From the IMG/VR virus record IMGVR_UViG_3300021963_005267, positions 1 through 64,000 of that record: a DNA stretch of 64,000 nucleotides; one strand, given 5' to 3'. The stretch comes from a virus. Below, one piece after another: positions 54,969 to 64,000 of the stretch. The stretch's first letter is position 1; each line of letters begins with the position of its first letter. The translations under genes were made by a program, and so were the position numbers. Under the pieces are notes generated by a model that saw nothing but the letters and a program-made list of their open reading frames with translations, made no database searches and was not told where the DNA came from.

Positions 54969-56720
54969 ATGGCAGTAGTGCAAATATCCAAAATACAAGT
55001 TCGCAAAGGCGAAAAATTAAAGACAGGAATTCCACAGTTATCAGGGGGCGAGTTTGCGTGGGCTGTAGATACGCAAGAATTATACATCGGTAATGGAAGT
55101 GTTGCCGACGGAGCACCTGCTGTAGGAAATACCAAGATCCTCACAGAGTTCGATAACATATTAGATCTTTCTAGATCTTATAAATTTGAAGAGGCTAATC
55201 CTTCTATCACAAACAGTATAGGTAGGAGTCTCCAATCCAAGTTAGACGACTTTGTAAACGTAGCAGATTATGGTGCAGTCCCAGATGTCAGCACAGATTC
55301 TACCGCTGCATTCCAAGCAGCGTTGAATGATCTATACATAGGGGCTAGCAATAACACAAAGAAAAAATTATATGTTCCACCGGGGCAATATAATTTTCTT
55401 ACTAACCTAACGATTCCCACAGGTGCGGTAATACAGGGAGAATCTGTAGATTCAGTAGTATTAAACATCGAAGCAAACAGTATTGTTACTTGCACAGCGG
55501 TAGGTACTATTTTAGGTTTGTTCACCTCCACTGATAGACCAGAAAACATAACAGTTTCAAATTTAACTGTTAAACGCTCAACTGGTCAACTAGTTCTAAC
55601 TGGTGTTAGAAATGCCTACATACAAAATGTAAAATTCCAGGGCGAATATATTATCGGAAGTTCTAGCGGTAGTTCTGCGGTTACTTGGCAGAACTCTACA
55701 GAAGGAACAAAGGTAGATGACATATTCTTTGACAGATGTCAATTTGAATCTGTACCTATTGGTGTGTATGCTATCTCCTCAACATCTCTTGAGACCGGTG
55801 TGAAATTTAAAGATTGTAAGTTCTATGTAAACTACAACGGAATTTATGTATCTGGAATAACTGATCAAGTGTATCGTTGGAAGATCGAAAACTGTATATT
55901 TGATACCATCACTGCTGCTGGTGTATATTCTACAAATGGTGTAGGAACAAAGATATTAAATTCTACTTTTAGATTAGTAGGCAACGGCGGTAGTGGCGGT
56001 CCGACTAGTCCTCAAACTCCAATGGTATACTTTAATCAATCAATTAATAATCAAGTAATTGATTGTTGGTTTGATAGATCACAAGCATATAATATTGTTA
56101 ATTCTAATCTAAGAGCATCAGTACCAGAAGTACTAGGAGCAGGACACGTTAAGGTCGGAAATCAAATCAAATCAGATATTGTTAAGACTGATGCATTCAG
56201 ACCTCTAGCAGTATTCAGTTGCCTTAATAGAAAAGTAAATCTTGATTATGTTTTAAAATTAGGCGACTATGTAAGACAAGGACAACTGACCATTGCCATC
56301 CAACCAGATCTTGCTGCCGCTGCGTTATCAGATCATTATCAATATACAACTACCCAAGCTAACTTCACAGGTTCGATAACTGGTAGCATATTGACTGTAA
56401 CAAATATCACCAACGGGCAGATTAATGTCAACGACGTTATTGTTGGCACCGAAGTACAGGGTGGTACTAGAATAACTGCTATTTTAACGGGATCGGGAGG
56501 TGTTGGTACATTCTCTGTAGATCTTTCACAAACATCGGTATCATCAGCTATGAGAACAGCAGGTTCAGGAGCATCAGTTATGTTTAATTTTGATTTTGGT
56601 TATGAGATTAGAGACAATGATGCAGACTCGGGTGCTGAGACTCTTGTTCTCACATATAAAAATCCGTTAGCAACAGGACAAACAGGCGCAATAAACTTCT
56701 TCGTATCATACGGTGTTTAA
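54969..56720 (+). CDS. Beta-helix (pectate-lyase-3-like) tail-associated protein
   Basis: Mtd_N-like N-terminus; VNVADYGA..D...DSTAAFQAAL...LYVPPG.Y. Confidence 0.8.
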   Translation: MAVVQISKIQVRKGEKLKTGIPQLSGGEFAWAVDTQELYIGNGSVADGAPAVGNTKILTEFDNILDLSRSYKFEEANPSITNSIGRSLQSKLDDFVNVADYGAVPDVSTDSTAAFQAALNDLYIGASNNTKKKLYVPPGQYNFLTNLTIPTGAVIQGESVDSVVLNIEANSIVTCTAVGTILGLFTSTDRPENITVSNLTVKRSTGQLVLTGVRNAYIQNVKFQGEYIIGSSSGSSAVTWQNSTEGTKVDDIFFDRCQFESVPIGVYAISSTSLETGVKFKDCKFYVNYNGIYVSGITDQVYRWKIENCIFDTITAAGVYSTNGVGTKILNSTFRLVGNGGSGGPTSPQTPMVYFNQSINNQVIDCWFDRSQAYNIVNSNLRASVPEVLGAGHVKVGNQIKSDIVKTDAFRPLAVFSCLNRKVNLDYVLKLGDYVRQGQLTIAIQPDLAAAALSDHYQYTTTQANFTGSITGSILTVTNITNGQINVNDVIVGTEVQGGTRITAILTGSGGVGTFSVDLSQTSVSSAMRTAGSGASVMFNFDFGYEIRDNDADSGAETLVLTYKNPLATGQTGAINFFVSYGV

Positions 56721-57138
56721 TCTTCATAAAGAAGATAGGATCAAAGCGTGGAAAGACTTCAGAGAAACCCTAGAGACAAGTGCCACTCCGCTGGAGGATG
56801 TGGCACTGTTCTGGAGCCACTGCCCGTTTGTTAATCACTATCTGAATCCACAAGATCCAGCAAGCTGGCCAGATCCCTGGAAGCTAATCATTGACGGAAA
56901 GTTTGATAATTTAGCTATTGCTCTTGGTATGCTTTATACGTTAAAATTAACTCAGCGGTTTATTGAGAGCGAATGCGAGATACATATGTCTATGTCCCCC
57001 AACGAAAAAGAACACGATTATTTTTTAGTTGTTGACAAGAGTCACGTTCTTAATTTTGATTATGGAAAGTGCTCACCGTTATCTGCCGTCGCAAGCGGCT
57101 CTTCCAGCATCATTTGGTCCGGTCGAGAATTACCATAA
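56713..57138 (+). CDS. Hypothetical protein
   Basis: GTG start overlapping the upstream gene; WPDPWKLI motif. Confidence 0.7.
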   Translation: MFNLHKEDRIKAWKDFRETLETSATPLEDVALFWSHCPFVNHYLNPQDPASWPDPWKLIIDGKFDNLAIALGMLYTLKLTQRFIESECEIHMSMSPNEKEHDYFLVVDKSHVLNFDYGKCSPLSAVASGSSSIIWSGRELP

Positions 57139-57169
57139 ATATTCCATTATAATAAAAAATAGAGGCGAT

Positions 57170-59515
57170 ATGACAACGATTACTGTTATTAAAAGAAACG
57201 GAAAGAAAGAGCCACTGACATTAGAAAAGTGGCAGACACAGGTAGCAAAAGTATGTAAAGGTATCGCTGACGTCAGTCAGTCGATGATAGAAATCAAAGC
57301 TCAACCTCATTTTTACGATGGCATTACCACAAATGAAATTGATGAAATAACTCTACGTGCTATCGTAGATTTAATTGATGTTGAACACAATCCCGATGTG
57401 GGTCATACCAATTATCAATATGTAGCAGGCAAGCAACGTTTGTCTATGCTACGTAAGGATGTATATGGTGAATACGATCCTCCCCACCTTTACGAAATCG
57501 TAAAGAAAAATATCTCAGTTGGTCTTTACACTCCAGAACTTCTTAAGTGGTATTCAGAAGATGATTGGAACAAGATGGACGACATGCTAGATCACGAAAA
57601 AGATGAAGATTACTCGTATGCTGCGATTGAACAGTTAATAGAGAAGTATTTGGTACGCAATCGTGCGACAAAAGAAATTTATGAAACCCCACAAGTTAGA
57701 TACATGGTAGCGGCTGCTACTGTGTTCCATAAAGAAGAGCCTAATAGTGCTCGCATGAAGTTCATTAAGGAGTATTACAATGCGGCTTCAGACGGTTTAT
57801 TTACTCTCGCTACTCCTGTTCTTGCTGGGCTTGGGACTCCCACTAAGCAGTTCAGTAGTTGTGTTCTCATTCGCAGTGATGATGATCTTGACTCCATTTT
57901 TGCTTCTGGCGAAATGATGGCTAAGTATGCTAGTAAACGTGCTGGCATTGGTTTAGAGATTGGCAGACTTCGTCCACTAGGTGCACCTATTAGAGGTGGC
58001 GAAATTATGCACACTGGCATGATTCCTTTTTTGAAGAAGTGGTTCGGTGACTTACGTTCTTGCTCACAAGGCGGCATTCGAAATGCGAGTGCTACAGTTT
58101 TTTATCCTATTTGGCATCATCAGTTTGACGACCTTATTGTGCTTAAAAACAATCAAGGAACTGAGGAAACTCGTGTACGACACATGGACTACGGAGTTGT
58201 ACTATCAGCGTTCTTTTGGCGTCGTTTTAAAAACAAAGAAGATATTACTTTCTTTGATCCTAACGAAGTACCTGATCTGTACGAGGCCTTCTATCAAAAT
58301 ACAGAATTATTTGAACAGTTATATGTAAAATACGAAAGACAAAAAGGTCTACGTAAAAAGACAATGAATGCCGAGGAAGTGTTTAAATCCGGCATCTTAA
58401 AAGAGCGCACTGATACTGGTCGTATCTATCTAGTGTTTATTGACAACGTGATGAACCAAGGACCTTTTGATCCTGAGTATCATACAATTTATCAGAGTAA
58501 CCTTTGCTGTGAAATTCTATTACCTACTAAGCCCTTTAAACGTTTGGATGACCCTGATGGTCGTATCGCTCTATGCACGTTGGGATCGATCAACTGGGGT
58601 GCTTTCCGTAATCCGGAAGATATGCGTCGCGCTTGTCGTATTCTTCAGCGTAGCCTTTGCAATATATTGGACTACCAAGACTTTCTATCAATACAATCTA
58701 GACTCAGCAATGATGAGATACAACCACTAGGCATTGGTGTAACTAACCTAGCTTATTGGCACGCCAAACGTGGACACAAGTACGGCGAGAAAGATGCTCT
58801 GGCTGAAGTTAAGAGTTGGATGGAGCATCAGGCTTACTACCTAACAGAAGCTACAGTTGAATTGGCTAAAGAGCGTGGCAAGTGCCTACATTCAGATCTT
58901 ACTAGATATGGTAAGGGAGAATTTCCTTGGGAGCATCGTGCCAAAGGAGTTAACGAACTCACAGACTTTAAACCAGAATTAGATTGGGAACCTCTACGCA
59001 AGGATATGAAACAATATGGTGTACGCAATGCTACACTTATGGCTATTGCTCCAGTCGAGTCTAGTAGTGTTGTTATTAATAGCACAAATGGAATAGAAAT
59101 GCCAATGAGCCTTATCTCTACTAAAGAGTCAAAGGCCGGATCGTTTACTCAAGTAGTACCAGACTTCCAAAGATTGAAAAACAAATATCAATTGATGTGG
59201 GAACAAAAAGACTGTTTAGGATATCTTAAAACAGCAGCAGTGTTAGCAGCATATGTTGATCAAAGTATCAGTACTAACACATTCTACAATCCAGCGCACT
59301 TCCCAGAGCGCAAAGTTCCAACTACAATGATCGCTAAGAATCTAATGTTAGCACATCATTGGGGTATCAAGACTTTCTACTACAGTTTGATTAACAAAGC
59401 AGGTAGTAAACAGCAAGACCCCGAGCCGAAATTAAACGGACATCATATAGCAGAGTTAGAAGCTAATGGATTTAGTGTCGACATAGAAGATGACTGCGAG
59501 GCATGTAAGTTATGA
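57170..59515 (+). CDS. nrdA: Ribonucleoside-diphosphate reductase class Ia, alpha subunit
   Basis: Start ATG 57170 (SD GAGG); ATP-cone VIKRNG, QFSSC, SCSQGG.R, SNLCCEI, KTFYY, C-terminal CEAC. Confidence 0.97.
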   Translation: MTTITVIKRNGKKEPLTLEKWQTQVAKVCKGIADVSQSMIEIKAQPHFYDGITTNEIDEITLRAIVDLIDVEHNPDVGHTNYQYVAGKQRLSMLRKDVYGEYDPPHLYEIVKKNISVGLYTPELLKWYSEDDWNKMDDMLDHEKDEDYSYAAIEQLIEKYLVRNRATKEIYETPQVRYMVAAATVFHKEEPNSARMKFIKEYYNAASDGLFTLATPVLAGLGTPTKQFSSCVLIRSDDDLDSIFASGEMMAKYASKRAGIGLEIGRLRPLGAPIRGGEIMHTGMIPFLKKWFGDLRSCSQGGIRNASATVFYPIWHHQFDDLIVLKNNQGTEETRVRHMDYGVVLSAFFWRRFKNKEDITFFDPNEVPDLYEAFYQNTELFEQLYVKYERQKGLRKKTMNAEEVFKSGILKERTDTGRIYLVFIDNVMNQGPFDPEYHTIYQSNLCCEILLPTKPFKRLDDPDGRIALCTLGSINWGAFRNPEDMRRACRILQRSLCNILDYQDFLSIQSRLSNDEIQPLGIGVTNLAYWHAKRGHKYGEKDALAEVKSWMEHQAYYLTEATVELAKERGKCLHSDLTRYGKGEFPWEHRAKGVNELTDFKPELDWEPLRKDMKQYGVRNATLMAIAPVESSSVVINSTNGIEMPMSLISTKESKAGSFTQVVPDFQRLKNKYQLMWEQKDCLGYLKTAAVLAAYVDQSISTNTFYNPAHFPERKVPTTMIAKNLMLAHHWGIKTFYYSLINKAGSKQQDPEPKLNGHHIAELEANGFSVDIEDDCEACKL

Positions 59516-59742
59516 TAAATTGGAAAAAAGAAGGCGAAGTGGTTCGTCAAGGATTTAGCTTTTATCATCCTAAAGACGAATACAGTGCAGGTGGATGTTT
59601 ACGCATCGGAAATCGGTTATGGAGAGTGCGTTACTCAAAGTTTGCAAAAAAATGGTTTGTTGGATACGATAAAATAGATTCAAATGCCCTACGAAAGTGG
59701 GAAGAACAAAACGGATATAAAAATGAGCAAGGCACAGTATAA
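59512..59742 (+). CDS. Small basic/aromatic hypothetical protein between nrdA and nrdB
   Basis: ATGA-coupled to nrdA; overlaps the nrdB start by 20 nt. Confidence 0.6.
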   Translation: MINWKKEGEVVRQGFSFYHPKDEYSAGGCLRIGNRLWRVRYSKFAKKWFVGYDKIDSNALRKWEEQNGYKNEQGTV

Positions 59743-60823
59743 TTTAAACACAAAGACAGACTATCTAAGTCGTAAGATGTTCTTGGATCCAGCAGGTCCA
59801 GTTACTATACAACGATTCGAAGAAGTCAAATACAACAAGATTGCAGACTTTGAAAAAACTGCACGTGGTTTCTTTTGGGTACCAGAAGAGATCAGCTTAA
59901 CCAAAGATGCACAAGACTTTAAGGAGGCCAGTGATGCAGTTAAACATATCTTCACTAGCAACCTGCTTAGGCAAACTGCTCTTGACAGTCTGCAAGGTCG
60001 CGGCCCAAGTCAAATCTTTACTCCGGTCGTAAGTCTACCAGAACTAGAAGCACTAGTCTACAACTGGACATTCTTTGAAACTAACATTCATAGTCGTTCA
60101 TATAGTCACATCATTCGTAATATCTATAACGTGCCTAAGGAAGTTTTTAACACTATCCACGACACACAAGAGATCGTAGACATGGCAAGTAGTGTTGGAA
60201 AATACTATGATAGATTACATACAGCCAATTGTAATATAGAAGCTGGATTACACGTAGATGAAGACTATCATATTAAATCAATTTATCTAGCTCTACATGC
60301 TTCGTATGCGTTAGAAGCATTCCGCTTTATGGTATCATTTGCTACAAGCCTAGCAATGGTTGAGAACAAGATCTTTATTGGTAATGGTAATATCATTAGC
60401 CTAATCTTACAGGATGAACTGCTACACAAAGGGTGGACTGCTTTCTTGATTAATCAAGTAGTCAAAGAAGATCCTCGTTTTGCAAAAGCAGCGCAGGAAT
60501 GTCAAGAAGAAGTTCTACAGATTTACAGAGATGTTATCGCTGAAGAAAAGTCCTGGGCCGATTATCTATTCAAGAAAGGCCCTGTTATTGGCCTTAATGC
60601 TAATATCCTAAAAGATTTTGTTGATTACACAGCAGTTGGCGCATTGAAAGATATCGGAATCAAATATTGGAATCCTGCTCCAAAGAGCACACCTATTCCT
60701 TGGTTTAACAAACATAGCGATACTAGCAAGAAGCAAACAGCATTACAAGAAAACGAAAGTACAAACTACGTAATCGGCGTAATGAGTGATGCAATAGATT
60801 ATGATGAGTTGCCTGCCCTATAA
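59723..60823 (+). CDS. nrdB: Ribonucleoside-diphosphate reductase class Ia, beta subunit
   Basis: Start ATG 59723; FFWVPEE, LDSLQGR, E..HSRSY (radical Tyr), LEAFRF, DELLH. Confidence 0.97.
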   Translation: MSKAQYNLNTKTDYLSRKMFLDPAGPVTIQRFEEVKYNKIADFEKTARGFFWVPEEISLTKDAQDFKEASDAVKHIFTSNLLRQTALDSLQGRGPSQIFTPVVSLPELEALVYNWTFFETNIHSRSYSHIIRNIYNVPKEVFNTIHDTQEIVDMASSVGKYYDRLHTANCNIEAGLHVDEDYHIKSIYLALHASYALEAFRFMVSFATSLAMVENKIFIGNGNIISLILQDELLHKGWTAFLINQVVKEDPRFAKAAQECQEEVLQIYRDVIAEEKSWADYLFKKGPVIGLNANILKDFVDYTAVGALKDIGIKYWNPAPKSTPIPWFNKHSDTSKKQTALQENESTNYVIGVMSDAIDYDELPAL

Positions 60824-60834
60824 ATAGTTTTACT

Positions 60835-61020
60835 ATGAAATGGCAAGAACTCACAAATCAACAGAAACTATACCTAATAACAATCAGAGTTAAGGAACCC
60901 GGATACAGTCGTTTGATAAAAACAACTGTATTCGCGGCTAATGTCGACATGGCTAAGAAATTAGCCAAAGCACAATATCCAAATTGTAATTTAATCGGAA
61001 TCCCAAAGGAGATAAAATGA
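60835..61020 (+). CDS. Hypothetical protein
   Basis: 61 aa, 8 nt after a perfect TATAAATA. Confidence 0.7.
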   Translation: MKWQELTNQQKLYLITIRVKEPGYSRLIKTTVFAANVDMAKKLAKAQYPNCNLIGIPKEIK

Positions 61021-62528
61021 CACCCGTTGTAAGGAGCAAGCATAAGGCTCTCCTCTTCCTCATCGCGAGAGAAGGCGAAGCAGGAAGATCCGGTGGTGGT
61101 CATCGTATCGCAACTGAAATCAGAAAACACGGTTGGGATGTTGAAGTAGTTGATTTTTTTCGATTTTGGACATTTGAGGAAATAAAGCAACTGTTAATCT
61201 CCAGGATCGACGAAGATATGAAATTTATTGGTTTTGGATCATTGTTCTTGCAATGGCCAGAAATCGCCGAACAAACAGCAACCTGGATAAAAGAAAATCA
61301 TCCAAACTTATTGATCATCTATGGTTCGCAAACATATGCAGAAATTAATACCAAACATATAGATTATCAGATATGTGGTTATGCTGAAACAATTTTTATA
61401 AAATTATTAAAGTATTTGTTTGCTTCAGGTGATCCAGTACAGTACATAACCATTAAAGGAACTAAAGTCATACAAGGCGGATGGGATGCTGCTCCCTGGA
61501 GAGATCCCGATATCATCTATGAAGATAGAGATTTCATACAGCCCTATGAATGGCTTTCTATAGAATTCAGTAGAGGGTGTAAGTTTGTATGTGACTACTG
61601 CAATCATCCTATGATCGGTGTTAAAGGAGATTGGACCAGAGATGCTGACAGCTTTGAAAGACAGATAAAAGATACCTATGATCGATTCGGATCTACAAGG
61701 TACATGATTAGCGATGAAACTTTTAACGATCGCACTGAGAAAATTACAAAGTTTGCCGATGTCGTAGAGAAGCTAGACTTCCAGCCTTTCTTCTGGGCAT
61801 TCATACGCCCGGACCTGTTAGTAAAGAGAGGACAGAAGGAATGGGACGAACTGATACGAATGCAGGTAGTTTCTCATCTGTACGGTATAGAAACATTTGG
61901 TCACGAATCGGGAAAAGCCATTGGAAAAGGCATGCATCCAGATATTCTAAAGCAAGGATTGATCGATGCCAAGAATTATTTCCACGAAAAGAATGACGGA
62001 CTCTACAGAGCAACTATCACACTCATAGCAGGTCTTCCTCACGATACAGAAGAACAAGTAGAAGCAAACTTCCAGTGGATGATAGACAACTGGCAAGGTG
62101 AAAATGTAGTTTCGAATGTGCTAGACATTCCTCGTAAGAATGAATTCCATTTCTTAAATCAGAATTCAAAGATGACAATGGATTATGCAAAGTACGGATA
62201 TGAACAAGTATCTGAAGAAGAAGAAAAGCAGATCTGGGAAATGTTAAAAAAATATGAAAATTATAACTATGTTACTGGTTTCCGACCAGATAACATGATA
62301 TGGAAAAATAAACATACCAACTGGGGAAGAATGGCAGAGTGGGTAGAGCTAATGTATTATAGATTTCACGAACACGATATTAGATATCCGATACAACGTT
62401 TCTTTTATACTGCACCCGATTTGCCAATAAAAGAATTATTGTCTTATAATTATAAAAAAGGTTCACCGAAGCTTAATCTTAATTATGAAATGATCAATAA
62501 TTATAAGAATAAAAAATTAAGTGTGTAA
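61017..62528 (+). CDS. B12-binding-domain-type radical SAM protein
   Basis: N-terminal Rossmann-like region, EFSRGCKFVCDYC (CxxxCxxC), SDETFND, IRPDL, GIET, LIAGLP.DT. Confidence 0.88.
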   Translation: MTPVVRSKHKALLFLIAREGEAGRSGGGHRIATEIRKHGWDVEVVDFFRFWTFEEIKQLLISRIDEDMKFIGFGSLFLQWPEIAEQTATWIKENHPNLLIIYGSQTYAEINTKHIDYQICGYAETIFIKLLKYLFASGDPVQYITIKGTKVIQGGWDAAPWRDPDIIYEDRDFIQPYEWLSIEFSRGCKFVCDYCNHPMIGVKGDWTRDADSFERQIKDTYDRFGSTRYMISDETFNDRTEKITKFADVVEKLDFQPFFWAFIRPDLLVKRGQKEWDELIRMQVVSHLYGIETFGHESGKAIGKGMHPDILKQGLIDAKNYFHEKNDGLYRATITLIAGLPHDTEEQVEANFQWMIDNWQGENVVSNVLDIPRKNEFHFLNQNSKMTMDYAKYGYEQVSEEEEKQIWEMLKKYENYNYVTGFRPDNMIWKNKHTNWGRMAEWVELMYYRFHEHDIRYPIQRFFYTAPDLPIKELLSYNYKKGSPKLNLNYEMINNYKNKKLSV

Positions 62529-62530
62529 CT

Positions 62531-63673
62531 ATGCTTTTTATCCACGACACTGTAAGTCTTTGTAATACCTGCTACAGGCACGTTCCTGCTTTTGTGTTTG
62601 AACGTGACGGACAAATATTCCTAAAAAAGAAATGTCCATTCCACGGAGAAAGCGAAATATTAGTTGAGCCTGATGCTGCATTATTCCATAGTTTAGAATA
62701 TGTGTCTAGAGATGATCAGTCTATACTATTTGAAATCACTGATAAGTGCCAGCTAGAGTGTCCGCACTGTTATCACTTACCAGACAACAAAACACAAGAT
62801 AGAACGATAGATGATATACTTGAACAATTAAGGTCATTTCCAAAAGAGTCTTTTATAGTAATGGCTGGTGCCGAACCATCACTAAGACCCGACTTCATTG
62901 AAGTAGTAAAATCAATAAGCAGCATGAATCACTTTAATGATAATGCTGTTAACATTCTAACAAACGGTATTAAATTTAGCAGTGTGTCTTTTTGCGAACG
63001 AGCAGTAGATGCTGGGCTGAATAGTGCATTTATAGGATTGAATCATTATTCATATAACGGACCTAATGTGCATCAGCAGCAACTTACCGGAATACACAAC
63101 TTTATTAAAAGCGGCGGTAGAGTTGATATTGTTTCGTATACATTAGAAACATTAGATCATATACCTGATATATTAGACGAAGTTGCTAGTTTAAAAAATT
63201 CAGGTGTTGGACAGTTTAGAATACGATGCGGCAGTTTTATCGGACGCAGTTCTGATAGTCAACGTAGTTACATTAGCAACACGATAAAAGCTATCGAAAA
63301 CTATGTAGGTAAAGAAAATCTCAAGATGATACCGGGAACTGATCACAATCTGTATCACATTAATTTAATGTGGAATGGAGCGATGTTACGGATCATACAA
63401 TGGCCCGATGTTCAATCTATAGACATGGAAGAACTTAACATGGGTCCATACTGTCAGTTCTATGGAAAGCCGATAACAAATTTCGTTCATCAGGTTATAG
63501 TAAGAGATATCTACAAAAATATGAAATTTCCTTTGTATGACGGAGTTCCGAATAAGTTTACGATTTACGGAGATAAAACTTACTGGAGAGATACCTTTAC
63601 TGGTATGAAAGAGATTAGCGATTACGATTACAAATCTAATACATTGTTAGCAGATCGTGTACCCCAATTTTAA
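62531..63673 (+). CDS. Radical SAM protein with an N-terminal CxxC...CxxHG metal site
   Basis: TVSLCNTC...KKCPFHG; EITDKCQLECPHCY; AGAEPSLR; LTNGI. Confidence 0.88.
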   Translation: MLFIHDTVSLCNTCYRHVPAFVFERDGQIFLKKKCPFHGESEILVEPDAALFHSLEYVSRDDQSILFEITDKCQLECPHCYHLPDNKTQDRTIDDILEQLRSFPKESFIVMAGAEPSLRPDFIEVVKSISSMNHFNDNAVNILTNGIKFSSVSFCERAVDAGLNSAFIGLNHYSYNGPNVHQQQLTGIHNFIKSGGRVDIVSYTLETLDHIPDILDEVASLKNSGVGQFRIRCGSFIGRSSDSQRSYISNTIKAIENYVGKENLKMIPGTDHNLYHINLMWNGAMLRIIQWPDVQSIDMEELNMGPYCQFYGKPITNFVHQVIVRDIYKNMKFPLYDGVPNKFTIYGDKTYWRDTFTGMKEISDYDYKSNTLLADRVPQF

Positions 63674-63675
63674 AA

Positions 63676-64000
63676 ATGAAGATAGCGATAACCGGACATA
63701 CAAACGGAATAGGTAAAGAACTAGATCTTTATTATCATAATAAAGGAATAGAAACTAAAACCTATAGCAGATCAACAGGGCACGATATATCAGATATCAG
63801 TGTTAGAAATAAAATTATCAGTGAAACACTAGACTGTGATGTGTTTATTAATAATGCATACGATACAGTTGGACAAACTGACATAGCCTCTAGATGGTTT
63901 GAAGAGCATAAAAATTCTCCTCACTTGTTAGTAAACATCAGCAGCATTGCACCCATAGCTGACAGATATATTAGTCCCAGGATAAAGCCTGTAGAGTATA
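63676..64000 (+). CDS. Short-chain dehydrogenase/reductase, runs off the window edge
   Basis: MKIAITGHTNGIG (TGxxxGIG), DVFINNA, VNISS; not in the track. Confidence 0.85.
   Translation, partial: MKIAITGHTNGIGKELDLYYHNKGIETKTYSRSTGHDISDISVRNKIISETLDCDVFINNAYDTVGQTDIASRWFEEHKNSPHLLVNISSIAPIADRYISPRIKPVEY

Noticed and set aside
57170-60823. Intron or intein in nrdA/nrdB
   Set aside because: Both ORFs are continuous, of normal length, and lack intein splice motifs.
1-64000. Alternative genetic code (stop-codon reassignment)
   Set aside because: Conserved genes are full length in the standard code, TAA, TGA and TAG all end genes, and no suppressor tRNA is seen.

Overview
This 64 kb window is part of a large, T4-like (myovirus-type) lytic phage genome in the standard genetic code. 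No integrase, CRISPR array or rRNA is visible. The ~1-15 kb region holds early and replication-support genes: a truncated P-loop ATPase, tRNA-Leu(UAA), a CAU-anticodon tRNA (probably Ile2), a gene-poor stretch with a repeated CAGCGGGGTCT motif, AlgH/YqgE, ATP-dependent DNA ligase, a beta-class DNA methyltransferase coupled to a nuclease-like ORF, an HNH nuclease, ClpP and 5-aminolevulinate synthase. The ~15-40 kb region is a late virion-fibre cluster: a ubiquitin-like protein, GYTGS collagen-like fibres, an Mtd_N/beta-helix protein, paralogous fibre-tip domains with chaperones and an 8-repeat S74-chaperoned fibre. It is followed directly by two 2OG-Fe(II) oxygenases and a four-domain glycosyltransferase/FkbM fusion. 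The ~40-64 kb region has a secreted NucA-type nuclease, putative internal head proteins, a candidate structured ncRNA, metabolic genes (aceA, a fatty-acid desaturase, a phasin-like ORF), a PD-(D/E)XK exonuclease, nrdA/nrdB, two radical SAM enzymes and a partial SDR. Two promoter classes can be read directly: consensus sigma70 (TTGACA-17-TATAAT) and T4-late-like (A)TAAATA. The most notable patterns are (i) a recurring design in which a promoter sits inside a hairpin that would hide the RBS or start codon on read-through mRNA, (ii) a candidate collagen-fibre glycosylation/hydroxylation system, (iii) a eukaryote-like ubiquitin domain among virion genes, and (iv) phycobiliprotein-like CxRD repeats in a genome that also encodes ALAS. 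All family calls come from motifs recognised by eye; no searches were run.
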